Origin: Eledone cirrhosa
Lineage: Eukaryota
Direction: 5' to 3'
DNA: 64,000 bases
Assembly: GCA_964016885.1 (NCBI GenBank)
Contig: OZ024754.1
Span: forward strand, 3,906,001-3,970,000
The notes beneath the pieces were generated by a model. It was not told the origin of the DNA. It saw nothing but the letters and a program-made list of their open reading frames with translations, and ran no database searches. Position numbers and translations under genes: made by a program. This document shows, piece by piece, positions 1-12,360 of the stretch; position 1 is the stretch's first letter; each line of letters starts with the position of its first letter.

Positions 1-350
1 TGCACATCTGCAACATCGTCAGTGTTGCTATTATGTTTCCTCCCGTTGCATTGTATGCTTACGTCATCTTTATTTAGTCTGTTTATTTATTTATCTATTT
101 GTTTATTTGTTTGTCTTCTCTGCGTATGCGTTTGCGTGTGTGTATAGTGTTTTGTTTGATGTGTGTTCTTGTTTGGGTGACTGTGTATTGGTTAATGTAT
201 TCTATCTTAGTTTACTAGTGTGTGTTTATATGTGTTTGTTGTTATTGTGCTTGTGTATGTATTTATTTATTTATTTATTTATACTTCTCTTAGGTCAGTG
301 TTGTTTGTTTGGGTGTTCTGTTATTAATTCTGGCAATATTATTACACAAA

Positions 351-430
351 TATGACCCTCCCCAAGTATAACAATATTTGTTTCGACACACGATTTTATA
401 TCAAAAACCTCGCAAAACTAATTCATCGCC
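351..430 (-). mobile_element. Short dispersed repeat, probable Penelope-like pseudo-LTR remnant (other copies 5746-5825 and 49958-49985)
   Basis: Shared motif ACCCTCC..AGTATAACAATAT.TGTTTCGACACACG at 351 and 5746, partial at 49958. Minus strand has GAAAC-AA..TT-GTTA, resembling the 3' half of a hammerhead. Confidence 0.5.
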
Positions 431-446
431 GTTATATATACATATA

Positions 447-649
447 GGGCGGTGAATTATACATAAAGGGCTGTGAATTGGCAGTATCGGTAGAGAGTCG
501 GACATGCTTTCCAGCATAATTACGTCCCTTTACGATCTGAGTTCAAATCCTGCCGAGGTTAACTTTGCCTTTCATCCTTACGGGGTCGATAAAATAAAGT
601 ACCAGTAATGTACTGGGTAATTGCTGGCCCTGTGCCTTAAATAGAAACA
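447..649 (+). mobile_element. tRNA-derived SINE (Meta/MESC-like core), short subfamily
   Basis: A-box-like TGGCAGTATCGG, B-box GTTCAAATCC, core GCCTTTCATCCTTACGGGGTCGATAAAATAAAGTACCAGT. 16-bp TSD GTTATATATACATATA at 431-446 and 650-665. Confidence 0.9.
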
Positions 650-651
650 GT

Positions 652-735
<84 letters not shown>

Positions 736-811
736 CTGAGAGTGTGTATTACACACACACAAACATACACACACGCACATATATATACTGTATATATATA
801 TATATATATGT

Positions 812-862
812 ATGAAAAGTGTCAGGACCCCAACGGCTGAGATCCGTCCGTTTTCACAGCTA
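812..862 (-). mobile_element. Penelope-like pseudo-LTR fragment (family of 7891, 16601, 18337)
   Basis: GACCCCAACGGCTGAGATCCGTCCGTTTTCACAGCTA resembles ACCCCAACGGCAGAGCTCAAGCCGTTTCGACGGCTA at 18430; adjacent to (TA)n. Confidence 0.55.
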
Positions 863-879
863 GATCCGAACTACTCGCC

Positions 880-1387
880 CTATTGTGTGTGTATGCGGAG
901 TGAGTGGAGGAGGACAACATCGACCCAACGGTCACAAAGGCGGCGACAGCAAGCGGTGTGGAGCGCTAGGGCACGGCAAGGCACTACAGACGTCGTGGCC
1001 ATCCATTGCAGTCAAGGAAGTCCCTGGTCGTGACGGTCCTCCGTACCACCGGATTCTGGCTTCTGCGGCGGCCGAGTGAGTGGGACCGTCACTGTGCACT
1101 GGCCCTCCCACTATAAAACTTTCCCGCACAGGTTTCTTCTTTAGCGTGCACTCCCAAAGCCCTGCGGCGATGAGCGAGTGGCGGAGGTAACAGGTGGGGG
1201 TAACCTCTGGGAGTTGCCAGTCTGACTCCGGTTTCTTCCCCTGCCCCCACTGTCCCCGAACCTGCAAGTCAAGGATCGGCCTCCACAGCCACCTTCGTGC
1301 CTACGACAGACGGGAACAACAATAAAGAAGATGTCATCATCGTTTACGATAGACAACCAAGATAAGAAGATAAGAATGTATACGACA
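880..1387 (+). mobile_element. GC-rich island, possible solo LTR
   Basis: GC much higher than flanks; TATA-like CTATAAAA near 1112; AATAAA at 1321; possible TG...CA ends. No TSD confirmed. Confidence 0.3.
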
Positions 1388-3344
1388 GTTTCATGTACCT
1401 CTAAGAATTAATGCTACAGCTCCTCATAAGATGAAAAACAGAGAAACTAGACTTACATATACAAAGAGATCTAAGCATGCGTCTATGATTCACACAACTT
1501 ATAATGGTGTTGAAATAATTATATTAATTATCCTAACTATTTATCTAACATTAATAAAAGTTTCTTTTTACATATTCATTCATCATCTCTCATTATCCAT
1601 TGAATGAGACATCACAATCTCAGTACTATTATATATTTGTGTTCTGTTTTATTTGTTCAGCAGAACCCATTGCGTACTAGATACTTATCACTTCTTTATG
1701 CTCCATTTCCTGTACATATTTTTCTATTTTGCCGATTGCCTATAGCATGACTGATCCAACAGTATTGAGTAATTGTCAGATAGTATACCATTCTATAATG
1801 TCTACCATGTAAAATGCATCTATTCTGACTAAATGGCATGTTCTTTTGTTTCTGGTCGTTTGATTCATTCATATATTTCTTTCTATTTTGTCTTCCTCTC
1901 TTTATTACCAGATTCTTCAACGCTCACAGCCTTGTCTTTCTTTTCATAAATAATGAACGAATAAAACATGACATACACACCAGGAAATAAATATACACTT
2001 AAAATGCCAGATGTTACAAGGAAAGAGAAAAAATGTATACAGCAGAGAATTGTGGAAAAGGAAACACGAAAGCCGGAATGACATAAACCACACAGTAGAA
2101 TCTACAGTTATGTGCATTATCTTTAAAGAAAAATAAGAATGGCAATTGTATTAAGCAACATTTCGAACGCTCTGACATCAGAACTATATGCTTGATATAT
2201 TATCTGTTTGTCTTTTTATATCAGTTACATAATTGTGCAACGGATTTCAGAGATTTGAGTACATAAAAGATATATATGAGTAGTGGTAAGTTTATTAAGT
2301 TCAGTGATATATTCTCTCATTATTACCTAACCAAGTAGCAACAGACGGTTGACTAAATTATGTCAAACTAATGTGGGAAGTAGGGGTGATTAATTTGTTG
2401 AAATTGAAGGGCGATTTTTCATTACTAGCCGTATAAGCTTGCGCTATTCTGTAAATACCCACTATTCGTGGGCTCATTGCATGAAATTTGTACGGGTATT
2501 CTCGAGTTAAACAAGCTACACAAGGAACGCTCCAAGTTATCACAAACTTTCCCATTCGTTTCCAGTTTGAATTCAAGAAGATTCTCCAAATATGTACAAG
2601 GTTTATATAAAATAATTCTCAAATCTCAGAGCCCAAATTCAGTTATTCAGGAACATCGGGGAAATTATATTCTTGAAGAAGAAGTAAAAGCATTATAAAT
2701 AACAAAATGTTTGCCATTTATGACAAGTGTCATTCTCACCGGAGATGTCAGTGGAAATAAACAACATTTTATAGTGATTTACTCAGGAATATATTTTGAG
2801 TAAAAATATTTTAAAAACAGAATCTCTTCCACTCAATATGTTACTGTTAATTCATACTAAGAATTAATGTTTTCTTGAACAATTTATTACCACAAATGTT
2901 TCCCACTCCGTGGAGTTGAAATGCAAGTTCTTTCAAATTTATATTTCCTTGATGAGAAAACTGTTTTATATGGCGAATAAAACTGAAATATAATGACCCT
3001 TTCAGGAAATACTATGCAATAATTGGCTCGTATTAAATACAAAGTATGAATGTGGGTGAAAATAAGAATAAAAGTAGTAGTAAATGTCACATCTAGTGGA
3101 CATTGTGTCAATTATTTGATAATCCAGTTAGTGATTCATAATTCCACTGACATGACCACTAAATAACATTTTTGTTATAACTGGGACACGACTTTTCATA
3201 GCAGTATCATTTTGGTTTTGTTCATGTTTAATTACCAACCACAAACTACAGGGAAATTTCACACTCATATTTCTATTCGGTATTCAGAAAAGAACAAAAA
3301 ACAAACGGAATGTTCATACATTCATGAGAACAATATTGTGGCTT

Positions 3345-3346
<2 letters not shown>

Positions 3347-3431
<85 letters not shown>

Positions 3432-3441
3432 TTATATATAC

Positions 3442-3507
<66 letters not shown>

Positions 3508-3517
3508 TTATATATAC

Positions 3518-3605
<88 letters not shown>

Positions 3606-3623
3606 ATATATACTTATATATAA

Positions 3624-3660
<37 letters not shown>

Positions 3661-3687
3661 TGTGTGTATATATATATATATATATGC

Positions 3688-3730
<43 letters not shown>

Positions 3731-3740
3731 CATATATATA
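3347..3740. repeat. (TA)n microsatellite, interrupted (representative of dozens in the window)
   Basis: About 390 bp of TA dinucleotide. Confidence 0.98.
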
Positions 3741-4542
3741 TGCTTCTTGTGTGTATATCTACTTCCTTAATTTCGTATGGAACTTAGGAACTTAAAGAAA
3801 AGATGAGAAATGAAATACAGTTTGAAGGGGTTTAATCATCTTAACAATATCTTATTGTTATACCAAGAAAAAAACCCCACAAAGCAAACAACTATAAAAT
3901 ATAAAGATAGAAACCTGATGTAAAACCAGGAAATATTCTCATCTACCATTCAGTAGCCTTTTATTAAATCCAATATCACAAGCCCCCACTACGTCCTTCA
4001 AACTACACACGAGAATTAAAAGAGTTATACATTCAAAGTTTCAATTTTCTGATTTCGATGGATGGTTAGCATTCTGTTCTAGCCCCTTATCGCGTTTTCT
4101 CCTTCTTCCTCTTCTTCCATTATTATTATTATTATTATTATAATAATGAATGTAGATTATTTTACAATTGGTGAAGAGTTTGTTAAGTGTATTCATAGTC
4201 TAATCCGCTTATATCAATATGCAAGATATTTCTCCAATCTACACATACGCAGGTGGCAAACCGTATGTTATTGCTGGAGGTGATTAACAAGTGAAAAGAA
4301 TAGCAATTTAAAAATACTTCTAATTGATTGATGAGGGACATTCTTCTGCTATAGCGGTTTCCTCTCTGTCCATTTTCTCCTCTTCTGCTTTCCTCCCAAA
4401 ATGTAATAAGCTAGGTTAATTGCTTGGTGTTTAGCTGCCGAAGATTAATTGTGTTCAAATGAAGCGAGATGCACGTGTTCAGTGTATACTTTGACGACGC
4501 TAACATACGCAGTTAGTATTATACATATGTACACATATATAC

Positions 4543-4608
<66 letters not shown>

Positions 4609-4620
4609 GTATATATATAC

Positions 4621-4653
<33 letters not shown>

Positions 4654-4978
4654 CATATTTATATATATATACATACATATATATATATATGCATACATAC
4701 ACACACACGCACACACATATATATATATAGCTAATATATATATATGTAGCTAAGATGTACGCACACTTTCGCTTCATCTCATCTTCCTTGTGGGAATGAA
4801 GCAATCTATATGGTGGAATGCAGTGAAAGACAATTGCATGCACGATAATATAGAGAAAGATGGAGTCACAGACAAAGGCAATAATCACAGAGTTACACAT
4901 GAAGATGTATTTATATATGTACAATTATACACACTACCACACACACAATCAAATATAAATGCACATATATGTTTATCA

Positions 4979-5075
<97 letters not shown>

Positions 5076-5150
5076 TCTCTCTCTGTATATATATATATAT
5101 ATGTTATGGAATACTGTTAGCTTCTCCCTACAACAATCTCTATACTTTTC

Positions 5151-5210
<60 letters not shown>

Positions 5211-5278
5211 GAAGTATTTCCGTCGGAAAGCTACAGGAACAAACATTTTTCTATGTAGGTTACAGAGCTTATTAGTTA

Positions 5279-5537
5279 TGTAATAAACAACATAAGATAA
5301 TTATTTCATTTACCAGTGGTTTCTTGAAAGCAGATGTTGTATCTGTTTTCAGTCGTCAGAATGAATAAAAAAAACATGCTGTTTTCATCAAATATGGATC
5401 ATCAAGTTTGTTTTCAAATCCATATTTAATAAAAACGCCATGTTTTTTTATTCATTCTGACGACTGAAAACAGATACAACATCTGCTTTCAAGAAACCAC
5501 TGGTAAATGAAATAATTATCTTATGTTGTTTATTACA
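5279..5537. repeat. Fold-back (about 120-bp arms, 18-nt loop), Penelope-like remnant
   Basis: 5279-5399 is the reverse complement of 5418-5537; outer 95 bp essentially identical. Confidence 0.92.
5451..5511 (+). ncRNA. Type I hammerhead ribozyme motif (mirror copy on minus strand at about 5305-5365)
   Basis: Stem I TTCATT/AATGAA; core CTGACGA; stem II TGAAAACAGAT/ATCTGCTTTCA (C-A mismatch at base); GAAA; stem III CC-ACT-GG; GTA cleavage triplet at 5503-5505. Confidence 0.7.
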
Positions 5538-5711
5538 CAACGTCCACTTTTCCCTTCCAAGCTGGGAAAAGCAGAGGTAAAATGATGATGATGATGATGA
5601 TGATATATATACATATATATAGTTCAAAAGGAAAAACAATAGTACATAGTGCTATTATCTTATATATATATTTATATATATATATATATATATATTCGTT
5701 TCATTTTTTCC

Positions 5712-5747
<36 letters not shown>

Positions 5748-5826
5748 CCCTCCGAGAGTATAACAATATATGTTTCGACACACGTTTCCAGATAAGAAAT
5801 CTTGCAAATAAAATTCAAAAACGAAG

Positions 5827-5834
<8 letters not shown>

Positions 5835-5924
<90 letters not shown>

Positions 5925-5956
5925 GGTGGGTGTGTGTGTGTGTGTGTGTGTGTGTG

Positions 5957-6052
<96 letters not shown>
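5835..6052. repeat. (GT)n microsatellite
   Basis: Direct observation. Confidence 0.98.
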
Positions 6053-6055
<3 letters not shown>

Positions 6056-6371
6056 CATAACAATGGTCGTTATAGTTAATTCTAACATCTATGTATATTA
6101 CATGCCAAACAAATATATTCATAATTCAAGAAAATGTACACAAACGAAGTATCCATATGACATTTTGTCTATATGTAGATAGGGACTTTTTTTTGAAAAA
6201 GTAAGAACCTTTGATCACTGAAGCAAATACACACATCCGATAAAACTGAATAGACTCTGCCATCAAAGGTACGAGACTATTGAAGGCAGTGCTTCGTGAG
6301 AGACATGTAAATGTATTTAGTGAAACATGAACACACGCTGAAAAGTACATCCAGTTATTTACTTGTTTGCA

Positions 6372-6439
<68 letters not shown>

Positions 6440-6455
<16 letters not shown>

Positions 6456-6659
6456 AATAAATATATATATATATGTATATACATACATACATATATATAT
6501 ATAAAAATAAATAAATATATATAAAATATGGATATACATACATATATATATATATGTATATACATATATATATATAATTATTTATTTATGTATATATATG
6601 TATATACATACATATATATATATAAATAAATAAATATATATATGTATGTATATACATAC

Positions 6660-6692
<33 letters not shown>

Positions 6693-6723
6693 AATAAATA
6701 AATATATATATGTATATACATAC

Positions 6724-6760
<37 letters not shown>

Positions 6761-6877
6761 AATAAATAAATATATATATGTATATACATACATATATATA
6801 TACATATATATATATATGTATATACATACATATATATATATAAATAAATAAATATATATATGTATGTATATACATAC

Positions 6878-6910
<33 letters not shown>

Positions 6911-6941
6911 AATAAATAAATATATATATGTATATACATAC

Positions 6942-6976
<35 letters not shown>

Positions 6977-7076
6977 AATAAATAAATATATATATGTATA
7001 TACATACATATATATATACATATATATATATATGTATATACATACATATATATATATATATAAATAAATAAATATA

Positions 7077-7108
<32 letters not shown>

Positions 7109-7110
7109 AA
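6440..7110. repeat. AT-rich compound minisatellite (about 55-75-bp units marked by TAAATAAATAAA and TGTATATACATACA)
   Basis: Recurring block ATAAATAAATAAATATATATATGTATATACATACATATA with variable TA runs, about 9 times. Confidence 0.8.
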
Positions 7111-7131
7111 TATGGACACACACGCACAGAC

Positions 7132-7201
<70 letters not shown>

Positions 7202-7308
7202 GTGTGCGCGTGTGTGTCCATATACATATATGTATGTGTATGCATATATATGTATGTTTGTATATATGTGTCTGTGGGTGCCGGTATGTATATGTGTATA
7301 TATATATG

Positions 7309-7370
<62 letters not shown>

Positions 7371-7598
7371 CCCAAAATGGGTCACCAAACATACGGGCTT
7401 TCCAAGAATACTTTTGTCTCAATCTAACGAAGGACAAACATCTGAAACATTGCAACTTTTTCTTCTATTATGTCATCTTTTAACCTAATATAGATCATCA
7501 TACTACTGTAACCTTACCTTGTATTGTATTTGTTCGTATACCCACATGCACAGACAAATACACGCATATATGTGTATATATATATATATATATATAAA

Positions 7599-7638
<40 letters not shown>

Positions 7639-7836
7639 ATACAGAGATATTTAGAGGGGAGATCATCCGAGAGAAGAAAAGTGGGTTACATCTATAGATA
7701 TACATATATAAATAATTATAAGAATTTTATTAAGAAACGCACATTTATGAACACGCATGCGCATATAGCATCACGTCAATATATATATACATATATGTAA
7801 TTTATATATATATATATATATACATATATAAATGTA

Positions 7837-7890
<54 letters not shown>

Positions 7891-7893
<3 letters not shown>

Positions 7894-8077
7894 AACAAGT
7901 AAGACCCCGACGGCTGAGCTCAAGCCGTTTCGACGGCTAATTCCCAGAATTAGCCGTCGAAACGGCTTGAGCTCAGCCGTCGGGGTCTTACTTGTTCCTA
8001 TTACCCACTCTACTACCCTAAGTATTGAGTACTTTGGTGCGTTATGGTCCACCTGGTTCCTTACCACATTTCCTTCG

Positions 8078-8078
<1 letters not shown>
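7891..8078 (+). mobile_element. Penelope-like pseudo-LTR remnant with inverted 5' duplication, inserted in (TA)n
   Basis: Perfect inverted repeat of about 52 bp (7891-7942 / 7947-7999). 3' hammerhead half GAAACGGC-ttgagctca-GCCGTC. Nearly identical to 16601-16735 and to the reverse complement of 18337-18465. Confidence 0.75.
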
Positions 8079-8117
<39 letters not shown>

Positions 8118-8364
8118 TTACATTGTTCAAAATGCAACGAATGTAATCCATATATACCAGTGGTTATGGCAATATAATATTAACAATAAAGTAAATTAAA
8201 GTATTAAGAGGATAAGTTAACATCATAACTGATGCCCTATGCATGTTACAGTAAACCAGTTTCATAGATCCATCACAGGATTATGAAACTCTCATTCTAT
8301 GAAGGAAAGATAATTCGAAATCATTAGCATTTTAACGTAATATTTACGCATGCTACGTAAAACA

Positions 8365-8800
8365 TTGTGTTCGAAGATGGCTTAAACCTATTGTCGCTTT
8401 CAATAACCTCGCAGAATAAATTGTAGGGGGAGTTGGGTTCCGGGTCATTTTGTGGATTTGAGGCTGCAGTGTTTCTTTTTCCCCTTTACATCATTCTTGT
8501 TTTTCTATGATCTCAGCTTCGCAGTTATTGAATCCGGAGCGAACAAAAAGCATTCATAAGTATCTGTCCTCAGATGCAATTTCCTACGCAGTATCCTCAC
8601 TTTCCTAGCTGTTCAAGCACTGTTTCACAGAGCCTTCGAAGAACGCGTTTCGTTTTTGAGTTCGGAAGTAAAGAGCATCTTCGGAAGGCGTATTGCGTTC
8701 ATGTAGCACTCAGGACCTGTTCATCTCAGTTGAGAATGTTTGACCCGGGGACTGCCTTTTCACACTACAAATGTGTGATTGGTTATATCTTGATTTGCTT
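8365..8800 (-). mobile_element. Degenerate RTE-clade LINE 3' fragment
   Basis: Minus-strand peptides MNAIRLPKMLFTSELK and KATIGLSHLRT match RTE ORF C-terminal motifs (RLPK..Y.EL; IGL.SHLR); interrupted by stops. Confidence 0.6.
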
Positions 8801-8825
8801 ACCAGATCCACCAGATCCAACTTAA

Positions 8826-8907
<82 letters not shown>

Positions 8908-10116
8908 CGTACTGGTCTTGTGATATATCAAACCCGATTTGTACGAAAACATTCCTTGTCTACTCTGAATTGATGAAAAGCAAAAAGAATGGGAAAGTTG
9001 AACCCGTCATGGTTCGAACACCGAATATATATATTCGTAATATAATAATTTAATATACTTCTAGCCTCCCTATGCCGTGTTTCACAGGGTTAATGCTCTT
9101 TATAAATATTACCACAATAATCTACTATCGATATGTTATTTATCCCTGGCTGTAATCCTTTCTAGATTTACGTTTTGTCTATAATGTGCCTCTGGTGTTG
9201 CTAACGAGCAAAGCATCGTTTTTGAAAAGTGACAACAAGTCAACGAAGACTGTCGCATCATTCATGAATAACAGATACGGCTATATTTGAGAAAGAATTC
9301 AGAAATGCCCCCTGGTGTGATGTAGCGAAAAATATGATTTGTTTGAAACATCCTTGATTATTTGTTTTATTTTTATTTCTGTTCCGTTTTTGAATTATTA
9401 TAATTTTATTTGATTTCCTGAATATTTTACACAGTTTCGTGAAATAAATATCAAACTGGTTTTTAGAAAAATTCTATCTAACAACAACGTTATTTTATGA
9501 TATTATATAAACGCAGTAGCTCACAGACCAAAATATTGTGCCTATGTTAGAAATCACCACCTTTACCATTATTATTATTATTATTATTATTATTGTTGTT
9601 GTTGTTGTTGTTGTTATATAAATTTATTTCCCCCATTGCTATCTCTTTCAGTTTCATAGCGGTTCAACGGAAGTGAGCAAAATGTCAGCTGTAATCATTT
9701 GTTTTAAAGGTAAAATAAAGTGAAACTAATAAATAGAAACAAAAAAAGTGAACACAAAATAGCCTCATGGTGTCAAAACTATTGTAGGTTTTACAGGAAA
9801 AACAAACAACTTTTCTTCCGTTACAAAACACACAATTTCTTTTTTTAAATTATTTCATATTTTTCATTTAAAAACCAAAAACAAAGCGACAAATAAAGAC
9901 AAAACAATACCAACAAACAAGGTTATTTATTGGCAAATTCTGACTTAAAATTCATAGGAATGTGATATCATGTTCTAATATTACGTATATAGATTCACTG
10001 ATTTTATGTTGAATTAATAACTGGATGCTATTTGAAATCATACTGCAAATGAAACGTCTCAGCCGTTTCAACCTCTCTACTATATTGGTAGTTACATAGC
10101 TGATGATGATGATAAT

Positions 10117-10260
10117 GATTTCTTTATTAACCACAAGGGTTTACATAAAGTAGACATTAAGGACAGTGCAGGACAATACAGGACGGTACAAATGGGCATT
10201 TCTGCGTGTAAAAAAACAAAAAAAAACAGATAATGATAAGGTGTCGCAGGAGGAGAGGAG
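10117..10260 (-). mobile_element. 3' end of Tx1/L1-like LINE family (other copy 37744-38020)
   Basis: GATTTCTTTATTAACCACAAGGGTT...GGACAATACAGGACGGTACAAATGG shared with 37744. AATAAA followed by (ATC)n on minus; 3' end resembles that of the 55201 element. Confidence 0.6.
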
Positions 10261-10638
10261 AAGGATTGACCCTTTGTAGGTTTCAACATTTAAAATTCAC
10301 CCACTTGTTCAAATGTACTTGTAACTGATAACAAGTTATTGTGTATTCGAGGTTAAACCATTTGATGTAAGACGTCAAGCCTCCAAGAAAAGGTATGACA
10401 CTCTGACGATCTTTGTCAGAGCTTTATTCCACCCAATTTCACACACATAGATTCGATAGAAGACATTTCTCCAAGTTGACATGAAATGGGAGCAAAACAA
10501 GAAACATAATTGTCAGGCTAATTCCTTAACCCCAAGTTTATGCCTGCACACATAAATCTAGTTCATACCAGTGTATGATTTGTCACTGACCGCTCGCTGG
10601 TGCAAACACTTAAATACATACGCACACTTTTTAAATAA

Positions 10639-10701
<63 letters not shown>

Positions 10702-11465
10702 CGTGTGTGCGTGTGTGTGTGTGTGCGTGTGTGTGTGGACACTATCGTGTTTCAATAATCTATGGGGAAAGGTTGAGTCTTTCTAGTAGAATCTTGAATT
10801 ATTATTTTGTTTTTTAAGTCACAAGCTCAGCCTATCCCAGCTATGACTTATAAGTGAGCAAATCCGGGTGTGGTTGGTCACGTATCACTTGAACGAATTT
10901 GTCAGTCTCAAATTACAATACTGTATTATATATATGTATCTGTGCGTGTGTGTTTGCATGTGTGTGTGTATGTGTGTGTGTGCGTCTGTTATATATGTAT
11001 ATGACGGTGAGAATCCGCATTCACCTTCTTATTCCATTTTTATTCCCACTCATAAATACTCTGCACTGACTCCTCAAACTATTGCTTTTGTTTAAGATAT
11101 TTATTATGTCCGTTTTAGATCAAACCTATATCGACTAAGATTACACAATATCTAATTCCCTGTTTGTTATCATACAGTGTTGAATGGGGAATTGTCTGGC
11201 AGAATTATTACAGTGTTACAAAATATAATTTATTTTATTTCATTCGGTTCTGTCATTCTAATTTCAAACATCGTCGAAATCACTTTTGCCTTTCATCCTT
11301 TTGGGATCGACGAAAACACACTGCCAGTCAACTACTCGGTTTAGTTCAATCGATGGACTGCCATCTGTTTTGAAGTAGGGTGTTTCAGATTTTTGATGAC
11401 TGAATAGCCTGCAGTTGAAATTAATATGTAAGTAGCTGAGAATCTCACAGGTACGTGTAGCATTA

Positions 11466-11650
11466 ATTGTTTCTACTTTTGGCACAAAGCCAGCAATTAC
11501 CCAGTGCATTACTGGTACTTTATTTTATCGACCTCGTAAGGGTGAGAGGCAAAGTTAACCTCTGCGGGATTAGAACTCAGAATGGCAAGGGCCGTAACTC
11601 TATGCGTCAAAGCATGGCGTCCGACCCTCTACCGATACTGCCAATCCACC
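11466..11650 (-). mobile_element. tRNA-derived SINE, short subfamily
   Basis: Reverse complement of the consensus seen at 447 and 61548. Confidence 0.9.
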
Positions 11651-11664
11651 ATATGTACGTGTAC

Positions 11665-11905
11665 CATCAATGCAACTCTCATAGAGATTTACCGTGTCAG
11701 TGTGTGACAAGTCTGATCCATTGAATTAAACATACGTTCCACCTGACAGGCTTCCAAACAGCTTCCATCTACATTGTTCCACCCAAAATACATAGTTAGT
11801 CACGTGGCTATGACAAATAACCCTTGTCCAAGATTCCCCGTTGCTGGATCTAACCCAGGACTTATGGTTCTCAAATGCCCAAGCATGGCCTCAACTGGAT
11901 GGCTG
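11665..11905 (-). mobile_element. Degenerate CORE-type SINE (octopus OR-like)
   Basis: Minus strand GGGTTAGATCCAGC...ATCTTGGACAAGGGTTATT resembles a B-box followed by the CORE motif CCTTGGGCAAGTG; heavily diverged. Confidence 0.5.
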
Positions 11906-12176
11906 GACCGGGTAGGGGAATAATAACAATGTTTGTACTTCATCAATAACATCCACGTTTAAAATAGTTTAGTATTCTAAATAATTTTCATTCGTCTGAA
12001 TATGTTTAGATTAAAGAAGGAGATGGATTAGCTGAGTCGTTTGTGCGTAGGATGGATCGTATGTCAGTATATTAAGACATTGTACTTTGCACTTCATTAT
12101 TTAGAGTACATAATGAAATACCAGTAAAATTATGCGTTCGGCATAGCTTGAACTTCCCCTTACGCCCTACTTTGCT

Positions 12177-12360
12177 GGTGGATTAGCAGTGTCGGTAGAG
12201 GGTCGGACGCCATTCTTTGACGCATAGAGTAACGGCCCTTGCCATGCTGAGTTCAAATCCCGCCAAGGTTAACTTTGCCTTTCATCCTTACGGGGTCGAT
12301 AAAATAAAGTACCAGTAATGCACTGGGTATTTGCTGGCCTTGTGCCAAGAGTAGAAAATA
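12177..12360 (+). mobile_element. tRNA-derived SINE flanked by about 83-bp direct repeats
   Basis: Full consensus match; flanks 12096-12178 and 12360-12444 are imperfect direct copies. Confidence 0.9.

Noticed and set aside
447-560. tRNA gene
   Set aside because: A/B boxes belong to a SINE head; no cloverleaf, and it is followed by the SINE core.
820-1387. Solo LTR starting at TGTC (820)
   Set aside because: 812-862 matches the Penelope-like family instead, and no TSD matches at these ends.
2640-3200. Ancient mariner-like trace (ILTGD peptide near 2732)
   Set aside because: Single short motif with no TIRs or other transposase motifs.
3212-7488. Numerous YI/CV/HT/LS-repeat ORFs here and across the window
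   Set aside because: Translations of (TA)n, (GT)n and (CT)n microsatellites.
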